Source: Eledone cirrhosa
Taxonomy: Eukaryota
Reading direction: 5' to 3'
Assembly (NCBI GenBank): GCA_964016885.1
Contig: OZ024746.1
Coordinates: 94,240,001-94,304,000, forward strand
Length of the DNA stretch: 64,000 nt
Positions 39,401 through 56,349 of the stretch are shown one piece after another (position 1 is the stretch's first letter; the number at the start of each line of letters is the position of its first letter). The position numbers and the translations under genes are program-made. The notes under the pieces are model-generated. The model saw nothing but the letters and a program-made list of their open reading frames with translations, was not told the origin of the DNA and searched no databases.

Positions 39401-42400
39401 ACTATTAGTAATGTCTTACTTCCTACTACAACACTAACCTACTATTAGTAATCTCTTACTTCCTACTACAGCACTAACCTACTATTAGTAATGTCTTACT
39501 TCCTACTAGAGCACTAACCTACTATTAGTAATGTCTTACTTCCTACTACAAGACTAACCTACTATTAGTAATGTCTTTCTTCCTACTACAACACTAACCT
39601 ACTATTAGTAATGTCTTATTTCCTACTACAGCACTAACCTACTATTAGTAATGTCTTACTTCCTACTACAACACTAACCTACTATTAGTAATCTCTTACT
39701 TTCTACTACAACATTAACCTACTATTAGTAACCTCTTACTTCTTACTACAGCACTAACGTACTATTAGTAATCTCTTACTTCCTACTAGAACACTCACCT
39801 ACTATTAATAATCTCTTACTTCCTACTAGAACACTAACCTACTATTAATAATCTCTTACTTCCTACTAGAACACTCACCTACTATTAGTAATCTCTTACT
39901 TCCTACTACAGCACTAACCTACAATTAGTAATCTCTTACTTCCTACTACAACACTAACCTACTATTAGTAATGTCTTACTTCCTACTACAACACTAACTT
40001 ACTGTTAGTAATCTCTTACTTCCTACTACAACACTAACCTACTATTAGTAATCTCTTACTTCCTACTACAGCACTAATCTACTATTAGAAATGACTTACT
40101 TCCTACTACAACACTAATCTACTATTAGTAATGTCTTACTTCCTACTACAACACTAACCTACTATTAATAATCTCTTACTTCCTACTACAGCACTAACGT
40201 ACTATTAGTAATCTCTTTCTTCCTACTACAACACTAACCTACTATTAGTAATCTCTTACCTCCAACTACAACACTAACGTACTATTAGTAATCTCTTACT
40301 TCCTACTACAACACTAACCTACTATTAGTAATCTCTTACTTCCTACTATTAGTAATGTCATACTTCCTACTACAACACTAACCTACTATCAGTAATCTCT
40401 TACTTCCTACTACAGCACTAGCCTACTATTAGTAATGTCATACTTCCTACTACAACACTAACCTACTATTAGTAATCTCTTACTTCCTACTACAGCACTA
40501 GCCTACTATTAGTAATCTCTTACTTCCTACTACAGCACGAACCTACAATTAGTAATCTCTTACTTCCTACTACAACACTAACCTACTATTAGTAATCTCT
40601 TACTTCCTACTACAACACTAACCTACTATTAGCAATCACTTACTTCCTACTACAGCAATAACATACTATTAGTAATCTCTTACTTCCTACTACAGCACTA
40701 ACCTACAATTAGTAATCTCTTACTTCCTACTATTAGTAATGTCATACTTCCTACTACAGCACAAACGTACTATTAGTAATCTCTTACTTCCTACTACAAC
40801 ACTAACCTACTATTAGTAATCTCTTACTTCCAACTACAACACTAACGTACTATTAGTAATCTCTTACTTCCTACTACAACACTAACCTACTATTAGTAAT
40901 CTCTTACTTCCTACTATTAGTAATGTCATACTTCCTACTACAACACTAACCTACTATTAGTAATCTCTTACTTCCTACTACAGCACTAGCCTACTATTAG
41001 TAATCTCTTACTTCCTACTACAACACTAATCTACTATTAGTAATCTCTTACTTCCTACTACAACACTAACCTACTATTAGTAATGTCTTACTTCCTACTA
41101 CAACACTAACCTACAATTAGTAATGTGTTACTTCCTACTACAAGACTTACCTACTATTATTAATCTCTTACTTCCTACTACAATACTAACCTACGATTAG
41201 TAATGTCTTACTTCCTACTACAGCATTAACCTACTATTATTAATGTATTACTTCCTACTACAACACTAACCTATTATAAGTAATCTCTCACTCCCTACTA
41301 CAGCACTAACATTCTATTAGTAATCTCTTACTTCCTACTACAACACTAACCTACTATTAGTAATCTCTTACTTCCTACAATCACTGTAACTTACTATTAG
41401 TAATCTCTTACTTCCTACTACAGCACTAACCTACTATTAGTAATCTCTTACTTCCTACTACAACACTAACCTACTATTAGTAATGTCTTACTTCCTACTA
41501 CAACACTAACCTACTATTAGTAATCTCTTACTTCCTACTACAACACTAACCTACTATTAGTAATCTCTTACTTCCTACTACAACACTAACCTACTACTAG
41601 TAATGTCTTGCTTCCTACTACAACACTAACCTACTAATTGTAATGTTCTACTTCCTACTACAGCACTAACCTACTATTAGTAATGTCTTACTTCCTACTA
41701 CAACACTAACCTACTATTAGTAATCTCTTACTTCCTACTACAGCACTAACCTACTATTAGTAATGTCTTACTTCCTACTAGAGCACTAACCTACTATTAG
41801 TAATGTCTTACTTCCTACTACAAGACTAACCTACTATTAGTAATGTCTTTCTTCCTACTACAACACTAACCTACTATTAGTAATGTCTTATTTCCTACTA
41901 CAGCACTAACCTACTATTAGTAATGTCTTACTTCCTACTACAACACTAACCTACTATTAGTAATCTCTTACTTTCTACTACAACATTAACCTACTATTAG
42001 TAACCTCTTACTTCTTACTACAGCACTAACGTACTATTAGTAATCTCTTACTTCCTACTAGAACACTCACCTACTATTAATAATCTCTTACTTCCTACTA
42101 GAACACTAACCTACTATTAATAATCTCTTACTTCCTACTAGAACACTCACCTACTATTAGTAATCTCTTACTTCCTACTACAGCACTAATATACTATTAG
42201 TAATGTCTTACTTCCTACTACAACACTAACCTACTATTAGTAATATCTTACTTCCTACTACAACACTAACCTACTATTAGTAATCTCTTACTTCCTACTA
42301 CAGCAGTAACCTACTATTAGTAATCTCTTACTTCCTACTACAAGGCTAACCTGCTATTAGGAATCTCTTACTTCCTACTACAACACTAACCTACTATTAG

Positions 42401-45400
42401 TAATCTCTTACTTCCTACTACAGCACTAACCTACTATTAGTAATCTCTTACTTCCTACTACAGCACTAACCTACTATTAGTAATCTCTTACTTCCTACTA
42501 CAGAAACTAACGTACTATTAGTAATCTCTTACTTCCTACTACAGCACTAACCTACTATTAGTAATCTCTTACTTCCTACTACAGCACTAACCTACTATTA
42601 GTAATCTCTTACTTCCTACTATAGCAGTAACCTACTATTAGTAATCTCTTACTTCCTATTACAACACTAAGCGCCAACTAGTAATCTCTTACTTCCTACT
42701 ACAGCACTAACCTACTATTAGTAATCTCTTACTTCCTACTACAACACTAACCTACTATTAGTAATCACTTACTTCCTACTACAACACTAACCTACTATTA
42801 GTTATCTCTTACTTCCTACTACAACACTAACCTACTATTAGTAATGTCTTACTTTCTACTATAATACTAACATACTATTAGTAATGTCTTACTTCCTACT
42901 ACCACACTAACCTACTATTAGTAACATCTTACTTCCTACTACAACACTAACCTAATATTAGTAATGTCTTACTTCCTACTACACCACTAACCTACTATTA
43001 GTAATCTTTTACTTCCTACTACAACACTAACCTACTATTAGTAATGTCTTACTTCCTACTACAACACTAACCTACTATTAGTAATCTCTTACTTCCTACT
43101 ACAACACTAACTTACTATTAGTAACCTCTTACTTCCTACTACAACACTAACCTACTATTAGTAATCTCTTACTTCCTACTACAGCACTAACCTACTATTA
43201 GTAATGTATTACTTCCTACTACAAAACTAACCTACTATTAGGAATCTCTTACTTCCTACTACAACACTAACCTACTATTAGTAATCTCTTACTTCCTACT
43301 ACAGCACTAACGTACCAATATGATCTTACTTCCTACTACAGCACTAACCTACTATTAGTAATGTCTTACTTCCTACCCACAACACTAAACTACTGTTGGT
43401 AATGTCTTACTTCCTACTACAACACTAACCTACTATTAGTAAACTCTTACTTCCTACTACAACACTAACCTACTATTAGTAATGTCTTACTTCCTACTAC
43501 AGCACTAACCTACTATTAGTAATGTCTTACTTCCTACTACAGCGATAACCTACTATAAGTAATGTCTTACTTCCTACTAAAACACTAACCTACTATTAGT
43601 AATGTCTTACTTCCTACTACAATACTAACCTACTATTAGTAATCTCTTACTTCCTACTACAACACTAACCTACTATTAATAATGTCTTACTTCCTACTAC
43701 AAGACTAACCTACTATTAGTAATCTCTTACTTCCTACTACAACACTAACCTACTATTAGTAATCTCTTAGTTCCTACTACAACACTAACCTACTGTTAGT
43801 AATCTCTTACTTCCTAATACAACACTAAACTACTATTAGTAATCTCTTACTTCCTACTACAACACTCACCTACTATTAGTAATCTCTTACTTCCTACTAC
43901 AACGCTAACCTACTTTTAGTAATCTCTTACTTCCTACTACAGCACTAACATGCGATTAGTGATGTCTTACTTCCTACTACAGCACTAACATACTATTAGT
44001 AATGTCTTACTTCCTACTACAACACTAACATACTATTAGTAATCTCTTACTTCCTACTACAACACTAACAAACTATTAGTAATGACTTACTTCCTACCAA
44101 AACACTAACCTACTATTAGTAATGTCTTAGTTCCTACTACAACACTAACCTACTATTAGTAACCTCTTACTTCCTACTACAACACTAACCTACTATTAGT
44201 AATCTCTTACTTCCTACTACGGCACTAACCTACTATTAGTAATTTCTTACTTCCTACTACAGCACTAACCTACTATTAGTAATGTCTTACTTCCTACTAC
44301 AACACTAACCTACTATTAGTAATGTCTTACTTCCTACTACAACATTAATCTACTATTAGTAATATCTTACTTCCTACTATAACACTAACCTACTATTAGT
44401 AATCTCTTACTTACTACTACAACACTAACCTACTATTAGTAATCTCTTACTTCCTACTACAACACTAACCTACTATTAGTAATCTCTTACTTCCTACTAC
44501 AACACTAACCTACGATTAGTAATGTCTTACTTCCTACTACAACACTAACCTACTATTAGTAATGTCTTACTTCATACTACAACACTAACCTACTATTAGT
44601 AATCTATTACTTCCTACTACAACACTAACCTACTATTAGTAATCTCTTACTTCCTACTACAGCACTAACCTACTATTAGTAATCTCTTACTTCCTACTAC
44701 AGAAACTAACGTACTATTAGTAATCTCTTACTTCCTACTACAGCACTAACCTACTATTAGTAATCTCTTACTTCCTACTACAGCACTAACCTACTATTAG
44801 TAATCTCTTACTTCCTACTATAGCAGTAACCTACTATTAGTAATCTCTTACTTCCTATTACAACACTAAGCGCCAACTAGTAATCTCTTACTTCCTTTAT
44901 AGCACTAACCTACTATTAGTAATCTCTTACTTCCTACTACAACACTAACCTACTATTAGTAATCACTTACTTCCTACTACAACACTAACCTACTATTAGT
45001 TATCTCTTACTTCCTACTACAACACTAACCTACTATTAGTAATGTCTTACTTTCTACTATAATACTAACATACTATTAGTAATGTCTTACTTCCTACTAC
45101 CACACTAACCTACTATTAGTAACTTCTTACTTCCTACTACAACACTAACCTAATATTAGTAATGTCTTACTTCCTACTACACCACTAACCTACTATTAGT
45201 AATCTTTTACTTCCTACTACAACACTAACCTACTATTAGTAATGTCTTACTTCCTACTACAACACTAACCTACTATTAGTAATCTCTTACTTCCTACTAC
45301 AACACTAACTTACTATTAGTAACCTCTTACTTCCTACTACAACACTAACCTACTATTAGTAATCTCTTACTTCCTACTACAGCACTAACCTACTATTAGT

Positions 45401-48400
45401 AATGTATTACTTCCTACTACAAAACTAACCTACTATTAGGAATCTCTTACTTCCTACTACAACACTAACCTACTATTAGTAATCTCTTACTTCCTACTAC
45501 AGCACTAACGTACCAATATGATCTTACTTCCTACTACAGCACTAACCTACTATTAGTAATGTCTTACTTCCTACCCACAACACTAAACTACTGTTGGTAA
45601 TGTCTTACTTCCTACTACAACACTAACCTACTATTAGTAAACTCTTACTTCCTACTACAACACTAACCTACTATTAGTAATGTCTTACTTCCTACTACAG
45701 CACTAACCTACTATTAGTAATGTCTTACTTCCTACTACAGCGATAACCTACTATAAGTAATGTCTTACTTCCTACTAAAACACTAACCTACTATTAGTAA
45801 TGTCTTACTTCCTACTACAATACTAACCTACTATTAGTAATCTCTTACTTCCTACTACAACACTAACCTACTATTAATAATGTCTTACTTCCTACTACAA
45901 GACTAACCTACTATTAGTAATCTCTTACTTCCTACTACAACACTAACCTACTATTAGTAATCTCTTAGTTCCTACTACAACACTAACCTACTGTTAGTAA
46001 TCTCTTACTTCCTAATACAACACTAAACTACTATTAGTAATCTCTTACTTCCTACTACAACACTCACCTACTATTAGTAATCTCTTACTTCCTACTACAA
46101 CGCTAACCTACTTTTAGTAATCTCTTACTTCCTACTACAGCACTAACATGCGATTAGTGATGTCTTACTTCCTACTACAGCACTAACATACTATTAGTAA
46201 TGTCTTACTTCCTACTACAACACTAACATACTATTAGTAATCTCTTACTTCCTACTACAACACTAACAAACTATTAGTAATGACTTACTTCCTACCAAAA
46301 CACTAACCTACTATTAGTAATGTCTTACTTCCTACTACAACACTAACCTACTATTAGTAACCTCTTACTTCCTACTACAACACTAACCTACTATTAGTAA
46401 TCTCTTACTTCCTACTACGGCACTAACCTACTATTAGTAATTTCTTACTTCCTACTACAGCACTAACCTACTATTAGTAATCTCTTACTTCCTACTACAA
46501 CACTAACCTACTATTAGTAACGTCTTACTTCCTACTACAACACTAACCTACTATTAGTAATGTCTTACTTCCTACTACAACATTAATCTACTATTAGTAA
46601 TATCTTACTTCCTACTATAACACTAACCTACTATTAGTAATCTCTTACTTACTACTACAACACTAACCTACTATTAGTAATCTCTTACTTCCTACTACAA
46701 CACTAACCTACTATTAGTAATCTCTTACTTCCTACTACAACACTAACCTACTATTAGTAATGTCTTACTTCCTACTACAACACTAACCTACTATTAGTAA
46801 TGTCTTACTTCATACTACAACACTAACCTACTATTAGTAATCTATTACTTCCTACTACAACACTAACCTACTATTAGTAATCTCTTACTTCCTACTACAG
46901 CACTAACGTACTATTAGTAATCTCTTACTTCCTACCACAACATTAACCTACTATTAGTAATCTCTTACTTCCTACTACAACACTAACCTACTGTTAGTAA
47001 TGTCTTAATTCTTACTACAGCACTAACCTACTATTAGTAATGTCTTACTTCCTACTACAACAGTAACCTACTATTAGTAATCTCTTACTTACTACTACAA
47101 CACTAACCTACTATTAGTAATGTCTTACTTCCTACTACAACACTAACCTACTATTAGTAATCTCTTACTTCCTACTACAACACTAACCTACTATTAGTAA
47201 TGACTTACTTCCTACTAGAGCACTAACCTACTATTAGTAATGTCTTACTTCCTACTACAAGACTAACCTACTATTAGTAATGTCTTTCTTCCTACTACAA
47301 CACTAACCTACTATTAGTAATGTCTTACTTCCTACTACAACACTAACCTACTATTAGTAATCTCTTACTTCCTACTACAACATTAACCTACTATTAGTAA
47401 CCTCTTACTTCCTACTTCAGCACTAACGTACTATTAGTAATCTCTTACTTCCTACTAGAACACTAACCTACTATTAATAATCTCTTACTTCCTACTAGAA
47501 CACTAACCTACTATTAGTAATCTCTTACTTTTTACTACAGCACTAATTTACTATTAGTAATGTCTTACTTCCTACTACAACACTAACCTACTATTAGTAA
47601 TCTCTTACTTCCTACTACAACACTAACCTACTATTAGTAATCTCTTACTTCCTACTACAGCAGTAACCTACTATTAGTAATCTCTTACTTCCTACTACAA
47701 GGATAACCTGCTATTAGGAATCTCTTACTTCCTACTACAACACTAACCTACTATTAGTAATCTCTTACTTCCTACTACAGCACTAACCTACTATTAGTAA
47801 TCTCTTACTTCCTACTACAGCACTAACCTACTATTAGTAATCTCTTACTTCCTACTACAGAAACTAACGTACTATTAGTAATCTCTTACTTCCTACTACA
47901 GCACTAACCTACTATTAGTAATCTCTTACTTCCTACTACAGCACTAACCTACTATTAGTAATCTCTTACTTCCTACTATAGCAGTAACCTACTATTAGTA
48001 ATCTCTTACTTCCTATTACAACACTAACCGCCAATTAGTAATCTCTTACTTCCTACTACAGCACTAACCTACTATTAGTAATCTCTTACTTCCTACTACA
48101 ACACTAACCTAATATTAGTAATGTGTTACTTCCTACTACACCACTAACCTACTATTAGTAATCTTTTACTTCCTACTACTAAACTAACCTACTATTAGTA
48201 ATGTCTTACTTCCTACTACAACACTAACCTACTATTAGTAATCTCTTACTTCCTACTACAACACTAACTTACTATTAGTAACCTCTTACTTCCTACTACA
48301 ACACTCAGCTACTATTAGTAATCTCTTACTTCCTACTACAGCACTAACGTACCAATATGATCTTACTTCCTACTACAGCACTAACCTACTATTAGTAATG

Positions 48401-51400
48401 TCTTACTTCCTACTACAAAACTAACCTACTATTAGGAATCTCTTACTTCCTACTACAACACTAACCTACTATTAGTAATCTCTTACTTCCTACTACAGCA
48501 CTAACGTACTAATATGATCTTACTTCCTACTACAGCACTAACCTACTGTTAGTAATCTCTTACTTCCTACTACAGCACTAACCTACTATTAGTAATCTCT
48601 TACTTCCTACTACAACACTAACCTACTATTAGTAATCTCTTACTTCCTACTACAGCACTAACCTACTATTAGTAATGTCTTACTTCCTACTACAACACTA
48701 ACCTACTATTAGTAATCTCTTACTTCCTACTACAACAGTAACCTACTATTAGTAATGTCTTACTTCCTACTACAACACTAACGTACTATTAGTAATCTCT
48801 TACTTCCTACTACAGCACTAACCTACTGTTAGTAATCTCTTACTTCCTACTACAACACTAACCTACTATTAGTAATCTCTTACTTCCTACTACAACACTA
48901 ACCTACTATTAGTAATCTCTTACTTCCTACTACAACACTAACCTACTATTAGTAATCTCTTACTTCCTACTACAACACTAACCTACTATTAGTAATCTCT
49001 TACTTCCTACTACAACACTAACCTACTATTAGTAATCTCTTACTTCCTACTACAACACTAACCTACTATTAATAACCTCTTACTTCCTACTACAACACTA
49101 ACCTACTATTAGTAATCTCTTACTTCCTACTACAACACTAACCTACTATTAGTAATCTCTTACTTCCTACTACAACACTAACCTACTATTAGTAATCACT
49201 TACTTCCTACTACAACACTAACCTACTATTAGTAATCTCTTACTTCCTACTACAACACTAACCTACTATTAGTAATCTCTTACTTCCTACTACAACACTA
49301 ACCTACTATTAGTAATCTCTTACTTCCTACTACAACACTAACCTACTATTAGTAATCTCTTACTTCCTACTACAACACTAACCTACTATTAGTAATCTCT
49401 TACACCCTACTACAACACTATCCTACTGTTGGTAATCTCTTACTCCCTACTACAACACTAACCTACTGTTGGTAATCTCTTACTTCCTACTACAACACTA
49501 ACCTACTATTAGTAATCTCTTACTTCCTACTACAACACTAACCTACTATTAGTAATCTCTTACTTCCTACTACAACACTAACCTACTATTAGTAATCTCT
49601 TACTTCCTACTACAACACTAACCTACTATTATTAATCTCTTACTTCCTACTACAACACTAACCTACTATTAGTAATCTCTTACTTCCTACTACAACACTA
49701 ACCTACTATTAGTAATCTCTTACTTCCTACTACAGCACTAACGTACCAATATGATCTTACTTCCTACTACAGCACTAACGTACCAATATGATCTTACTTC
49801 CTACTACAGCACTAACCTACTATTAGTAATGTCTTACTTCCTACTACAATACTAACCTACTATTAGTAATCTCTTACTTCCTACTACAACACTAACCTAC
49901 TATTAATAATGTCTTACTTCCTACTACAAGACTAACCTACTATTAGTAATCTCTTACTTCCTACTACAACACTAACCTACTATTAGTAATCTCTTAGTTC
50001 CTACTACAACACTAACCTACTATTAGTAATCTATTACTTCCTACTACAACACTAACCTACAATTAGTAATCTATTACTTCCTACTACAACACTAACCTAC
50101 TATTAGTAATCTCTTACTTCCTACTACATCACTAACATACTATTAGTAATCTCTTACTTTCCTACTACAACACTAACCTACTATTAGTAATCTCTTACTT
50201 CCTACTACAACACTAACCTACTATTAGTAATCTCTTACTTTCCTACTACATCACTAAAATACTATTAGTAATCTCTTACTTCCTACTACAACACTAACCT
50301 ACTATTAGTAATATCTTACTTCCTACTACAACACTAACCTACTATTAGTAATCTCTTACTTCCTACTACAACACTAACCTACTATTAGTAATCTCTTACT
50401 TCCTACTACAACACTAACCTACTATTAGTAATCTCTTACTTCCTACTACAGCACTAACCTACTATTAGTAATGTCTTATTTCCTACTACAACACTAACCT
50501 ACTATTAGTAATCTCTTACTTCCTACTACAACACTAACCTACTATTAGTAATCTCTTTCTTCCTACTACAGCACTAACCTACTGTTAGTAATCTCTTACT
50601 TCCTACTACAGCACTAACCTACTATTAGTAATCTCTTACTTCCTAATACAACACTAACCTACTATTATTAATCTATTACTTCCTACTACAACACTAACCT
50701 ACTATTAGTAATCTCTTACTTCCTAATACAACACTAACCTACTATTATTAATCTATTACTTCCTACTACAACACTAACCTACAATTAGTAATCTATTACT
50801 TCCTACTACAACACTAACCTACTATTAGTAATCTCTTACTTCCTACTACAACACTAACCTACTATTAGTAATCTCTTACTTTCTACTACAACACTAACCT
50901 ACTATTAGTAATCTCTTACTTCCTACTACAACACTAACCTACTATTAGTAATCTCTTACTCCCTATTACAACACTAACCTACTGTTGGTAATCTCTTACT
51001 TCCTACTACAACACTAACCTACTATTAGTAATCTCTTACTTCCTACTACAACACTAACCTACTATTAGTAATCTCTTACTTCCTACTACAACACTAACCT
51101 ACTATTAGTAATCTCTTACTCCCTACTACAACACTAACCTACTGTTGGTAATCTCTTACTCCCTACTACAACACTAACCTACTGTTGGTAATCTCTTACT
51201 TCCTACTACAACACTAACCTACTATTAGTAATCTCTTACTTCCTACTACAACACTAACCTACTGTTGGTAATCTCTTAATCCCTACTACAACACTAACCT
51301 ACTGTTGGTAATCTCTTACTTCCTACTAAACACTAACCTACTATTAGTAATCTCTTACTCCCTACTACAACACTAACATACTGTTGTTAATCTCTTACTT

Positions 51401-54296
51401 CCTACTACAACACTAACCTACTATTAGTAATCTCTTTCTTCCTACTACAGCACTAACCTACTGTTAGTAATCTCTTACTTCCTACTACAGCACTAACCTA
51501 CTGTTAGTAATCTCTTACTTCCTACTACAGCACTAACCTACTATTAGTAATCTCTTACTTCCTACTACAGCACTAACCTACTGTTAGTAATCTCTTACTT
51601 CCTACTACAGCACTAACCTACTATTAGTAATCTCTTACTTCCTACTACAGCACTAACCTACTATTAGTAATCTCTTCCTTCCTACTACAACACTAACCTA
51701 CTATTAGTATTCTCTTACTTCCTACTACAAGACTAACGTACTATTAGTAACCTCTTACTTCCTACTACAGCACTAACATACTATTAGTAATGTCTTACTT
51801 CCTACTACAAGACTAACCTACTATTAGTAATGTCTTACTACCTACTACAACACTAACCTACTATTAGTAATCTCTTACTTCATACTACAACACTAACCTA
51901 CTATTAGTAATCTCTTACTTCCTACTACAGCACTAACCTACTGTTAGTAATCTCTTACTTCCTACTACAGCACTAACCTACTATTAGTAATCTCTTACTT
52001 CCTACTACAGCACTAACCTACTATTAGTAATCTCTTCCTTCCTACTACAACACTAACCTACTATTAGTATTCTCTTACTTCCTACTACAAGACTAACGTA
52101 CTATTAGTAACCTCTTACTTCCTACTACAGCACTAACATACTATTAGTAATGTCTTACTTCCTACTACAAGACTAACCTACTATTAGTAATGTCTTACTA
52201 CCTACTACAACACTAACCTACTATTAGTAATCTCTTACTTCATACTACAACACTAACCTACTATTAGTAATCTCTTACTTCCTACTACAGCACTAACCTA
52301 CTGTTAGTAATCTCTTACTTCCTACTACAGCACTAACCTACTATTAGTAATCTCTTACTTCCTACTACAGCACTAACCTACTATTAGTAATCTCTTCCTT
52401 CCTACTACAACACTAACCTACTATTAGTATTCTCTTACTTCCTACTACAAGACTAACGTACTATTAGTAACCTCTTACTTCCTACTACAGCACTAACATA
52501 CTATTAGTAATGTCTTACTTCCTACTACAAGACTAACCTACTATTAGTAATGTCTTACTACCTACTACAACACTAACCTACTATTAGTAATCTCTTACTT
52601 CATACTACAACACTAACCTACTATTAGTAATCTCTTACTTCCTACTACAGCACTAACCTACTGTTAGTAATCTCTTACTTCCTACTACAGCACTAACCTA
52701 CTGTTAGTAATCTCTTACTTCCTACTACAGCACTAACCTACTATTAGTAATGTCTTACTTCCTACTACAACACTCACCTACTATTAGTAATCTCTTACTT
52801 CCTACTACAGCACTAACCTACTGTTAGTAATCTCTTGCTTCCTACTACAGCACTAACCTACTATTAGTAATCTCTTACTTCCTACTACAAGACTAACGTA
52901 CTATTAGTAACCTCTTACTTCCTACTACAGCACTAACCTACTATTAGTAATGTCTTACTTCCTACTACAACACTCACCTACTATTAGTAATCTCTTACTT
53001 CCTACTATAGCACTAACCTACTGTTAGTAATCTCTTACTTCCTACTACAGCACTAACCTACTATTAGTAATCTCTTACTTCCTACTACAAGACTAACGTA
53101 CTATTAGTAACCTCTTACTTCCTACCACCGCACTAACCTACTATTAGTAATGTCTTACTTCCTACTACAACACTCACCTACTATTAGTAATCTCTTACTT
53201 CCTACTACAGCACTAACCTACTGTTAGTAATCTCTTACTTCCTACTACAGCACTAACCTACTATTAGTAATCTCTTACTTCCTACTACAGCACTAACCTA
53301 CTATTAGTAATCTCTTACTTCCTACTACAGCACTAACCTACTATTAGTAATGTCTTACTTCCTACTACAACACTCACCTACTATTAGTAATCTCTTACTT
53401 CCTACTACAGCACTAACCTACTGTTAGTAATCTCTTACTTCCTACTACAGCACTAACCTACTATTAGTAATCTCTTACTTCCTACTACAACACTAACCTA
53501 CTATTAGTAATCTCTTACTTCCTACTACAACACTAACCTACTGTTAGTAATGACTTACTTCCTACTACAGCACTAACCTACTGTTAGTAATGACTTACTT
53601 CCTACTACAACACTCACCTACTATTAGTAATCTCTTACTTCCTACCACAACACTAACCTACTATTAGTAATCTCTTACTTCCTACTACAACACTAACCTA
53701 CTATTAGTAATCTCTTACTTCCTACTACAGCACTAACCTACTGTTAGTAATGACTTACTTCCTACTACAACACTAACCTACTGTTAGTAATGACTTACTT
53801 CCTACTACAGCACTAACCTACTGTTAGTAATGACTTACTTCCTACTACAGCACTAACCTACTATTAGTAATCTCTTACTTCCTACTACAACACTAACCTA
53901 CTATTAGTAATCTCTTACTTCCTACTACAGCACTAACCTACTGTTAGTAATGACTTACTTCCTACTACAACACTAACCTACTATTAGTAATCTCTTACTT
54001 CCTACTACAACACTCACCTACTATTAGTAATCTCTTACTTCCTACTACAACACTAACCTACTGTTAGTAATGACTTACTTCCTACTACAACACTAACCTA
54101 CTGTTAGTAATGACTTACTTCCTACTACAGCACTAACCTACTGTTAGTAATGACTTACTTCCTACTACAACACTAACCTACTATTAGTAATCTCTTACTT
54201 CCTACTACAGCACTAACCTACTGTTAGTAATCTCTTACTTCCTACTACAACACTAACCTACTGTTAGTAATGACTTACTTCCTACTACAACACTCA
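21484..54296. repeat. 32.8-kb satellite array, 40-bp monomer (~820 copies)
   Basis: Consensus cctactacaacactaacctactattagtaatctcttactt, in a single orientation throughout. Confidence 0.99.
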
Positions 54297-54395
54297 GTTT
54301 GAAATTCTCAGAACATCGGATTTCTTTCAGAGAACAAACAAGAAGGGCCACATGTCAGTGCGGCGGCCCTTCTACGTCACCAGAACTTCAGAGTC

Positions 54396-54818
<423 letters not shown>

Positions 54819-55005
54819 TTTATATATACATATGGTAAATATAAATGAATAAATACATACACAAGTACAATAACAACAAACACATATAAACACACACTAG
54901 TGAACAAAGATAGAATACAAAAACACATACACTCAAACATGGGCACACACACCAAACAGGAAACACACATGCAAACGCATGCGCAAATAGAGACAGAGAC
55001 AAGAA

Positions 55006-55052
<47 letters not shown>

Positions 55053-55101
55053 ATGAAATAAAAATGGCGTAGGCTTTACAATACAACGGGAGGAAACATA
55101 A

Positions 55102-55153
55102 TAGTACTACTGATGATGTCAGAGATGTGTGTCGAAAGAACTTTGATAGACTA
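55102..55153 (+). ncRNA. Degenerate hammerhead, paralog of 9938-9989
   Basis: CTGATGA at 55110 and GAAAGAACTT retained; helix II disrupted. Confidence 0.5.
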
Positions 55154-55310
55154 TATAATGTATATATATTTATATCTGTATTTTTACCAGTTGGTCAATC
55201 AATGATAAACACAGATTGCCAGCTAAATTATCTATAGTGATATAAAATATACAGAAGCGAAAACTAATCGAAATCAAAGAGTGAGTGTGTTTTATCATTA
55301 TTTCTGGCAA

Positions 55311-55499
55311 GATGGTGGATTGGCAGTATCGGTAGAGAGTCGGACACCATGCTTTGAAGCATAGAGTTACGTCCCTTTATGATCTGAGTTAAAATCCTGC
55401 CGAGGTTGACTTTGCCTTTCATCCTTACGGGGTTGATAAAATAAAGTACCAGTAATGCACTGGGTAATTGCTGACCTTGTGCCTAAAGTAGAAACAACT
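55311..55499 (+). mobile_element. tRNA-derived SINE (family A) with 14-bp TSD
   Basis: TSD attatttctggcaa at 55297-55310 and 55500-55513. Confidence 0.9.
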
Positions 55500-55557
55500 A
55501 TTATTTCTGGCAATATTATAACAATATGACTCTCCCCAAGTATAAGAATATACATAT

Positions 55558-55633
<76 letters not shown>

Positions 55634-55786
55634 CTCTCTCTCTATATATATAGAGAGAGAGAGAAAGAGAGAGAGACAGAGAGACAGAGAGAGAGGGGGG
55701 GGGGATCGACCCTAGTATTGGACTGATACTTTTTATCAATCTCGAAATGATGAAAGACATCGAGGTGATTTGAACACAGAAGAGAG

Positions 55787-55845
<59 letters not shown>

Positions 55846-55852
55846 CCATACC

Positions 55853-56045
55853 GGAGGGGATTGTGCAGTATCAGTAGAAGGCTGGACGCCATGCTTTGCA
55901 GTATAGAGTTACGCCCCTTTATGGTCTGAGTTCAAATCCCGCCGAGGTTGACTTTGCCTTTCATCCTTACAGGGTCGATAAAATAAAGTACCAGTAATAC
56001 ACTGGGATAATTGCTGGCCTTGTACCAAAAGTAGGAACAATTATT
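55853..56045 (+). mobile_element. tRNA-derived SINE (family A)
   Basis: Box B gttcaaatcc plus the conserved body. Confidence 0.85.
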
Positions 56046-56349
56046 TGTATGACTAGTCTAAAAAAATAATCTATAAATAAATAAAGATGTTATTTTGAAG
56101 GAGTGGAGAAAACTGCAACTTCAAGCGAGGGGTTCAAATAAATGAATGAAAATAATAAACAAGAAGTGAGAAAAAGAGTAAAAAAAAAAAGGGCGTGGAG
56201 GATAAGAAGAAGGAATAATGAAAAAGAGGAAAAACTCGCCACCTTTGGCTAGGAGGTATATCTCAGCTGCAATTCGTGTACAAGATGGAATGTCATGATT
56301 TGATACACAAAACATCCGGAATGTGCGCACAAGTGACGATAACGTCATA

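Noticed and set aside
21484-54296. Satellite as CRISPR array or telomeric repeat
   Set aside because: No spacers or cas genes. It has only partial ggttag/tagg similarity, with no (TTAGGG)n runs.
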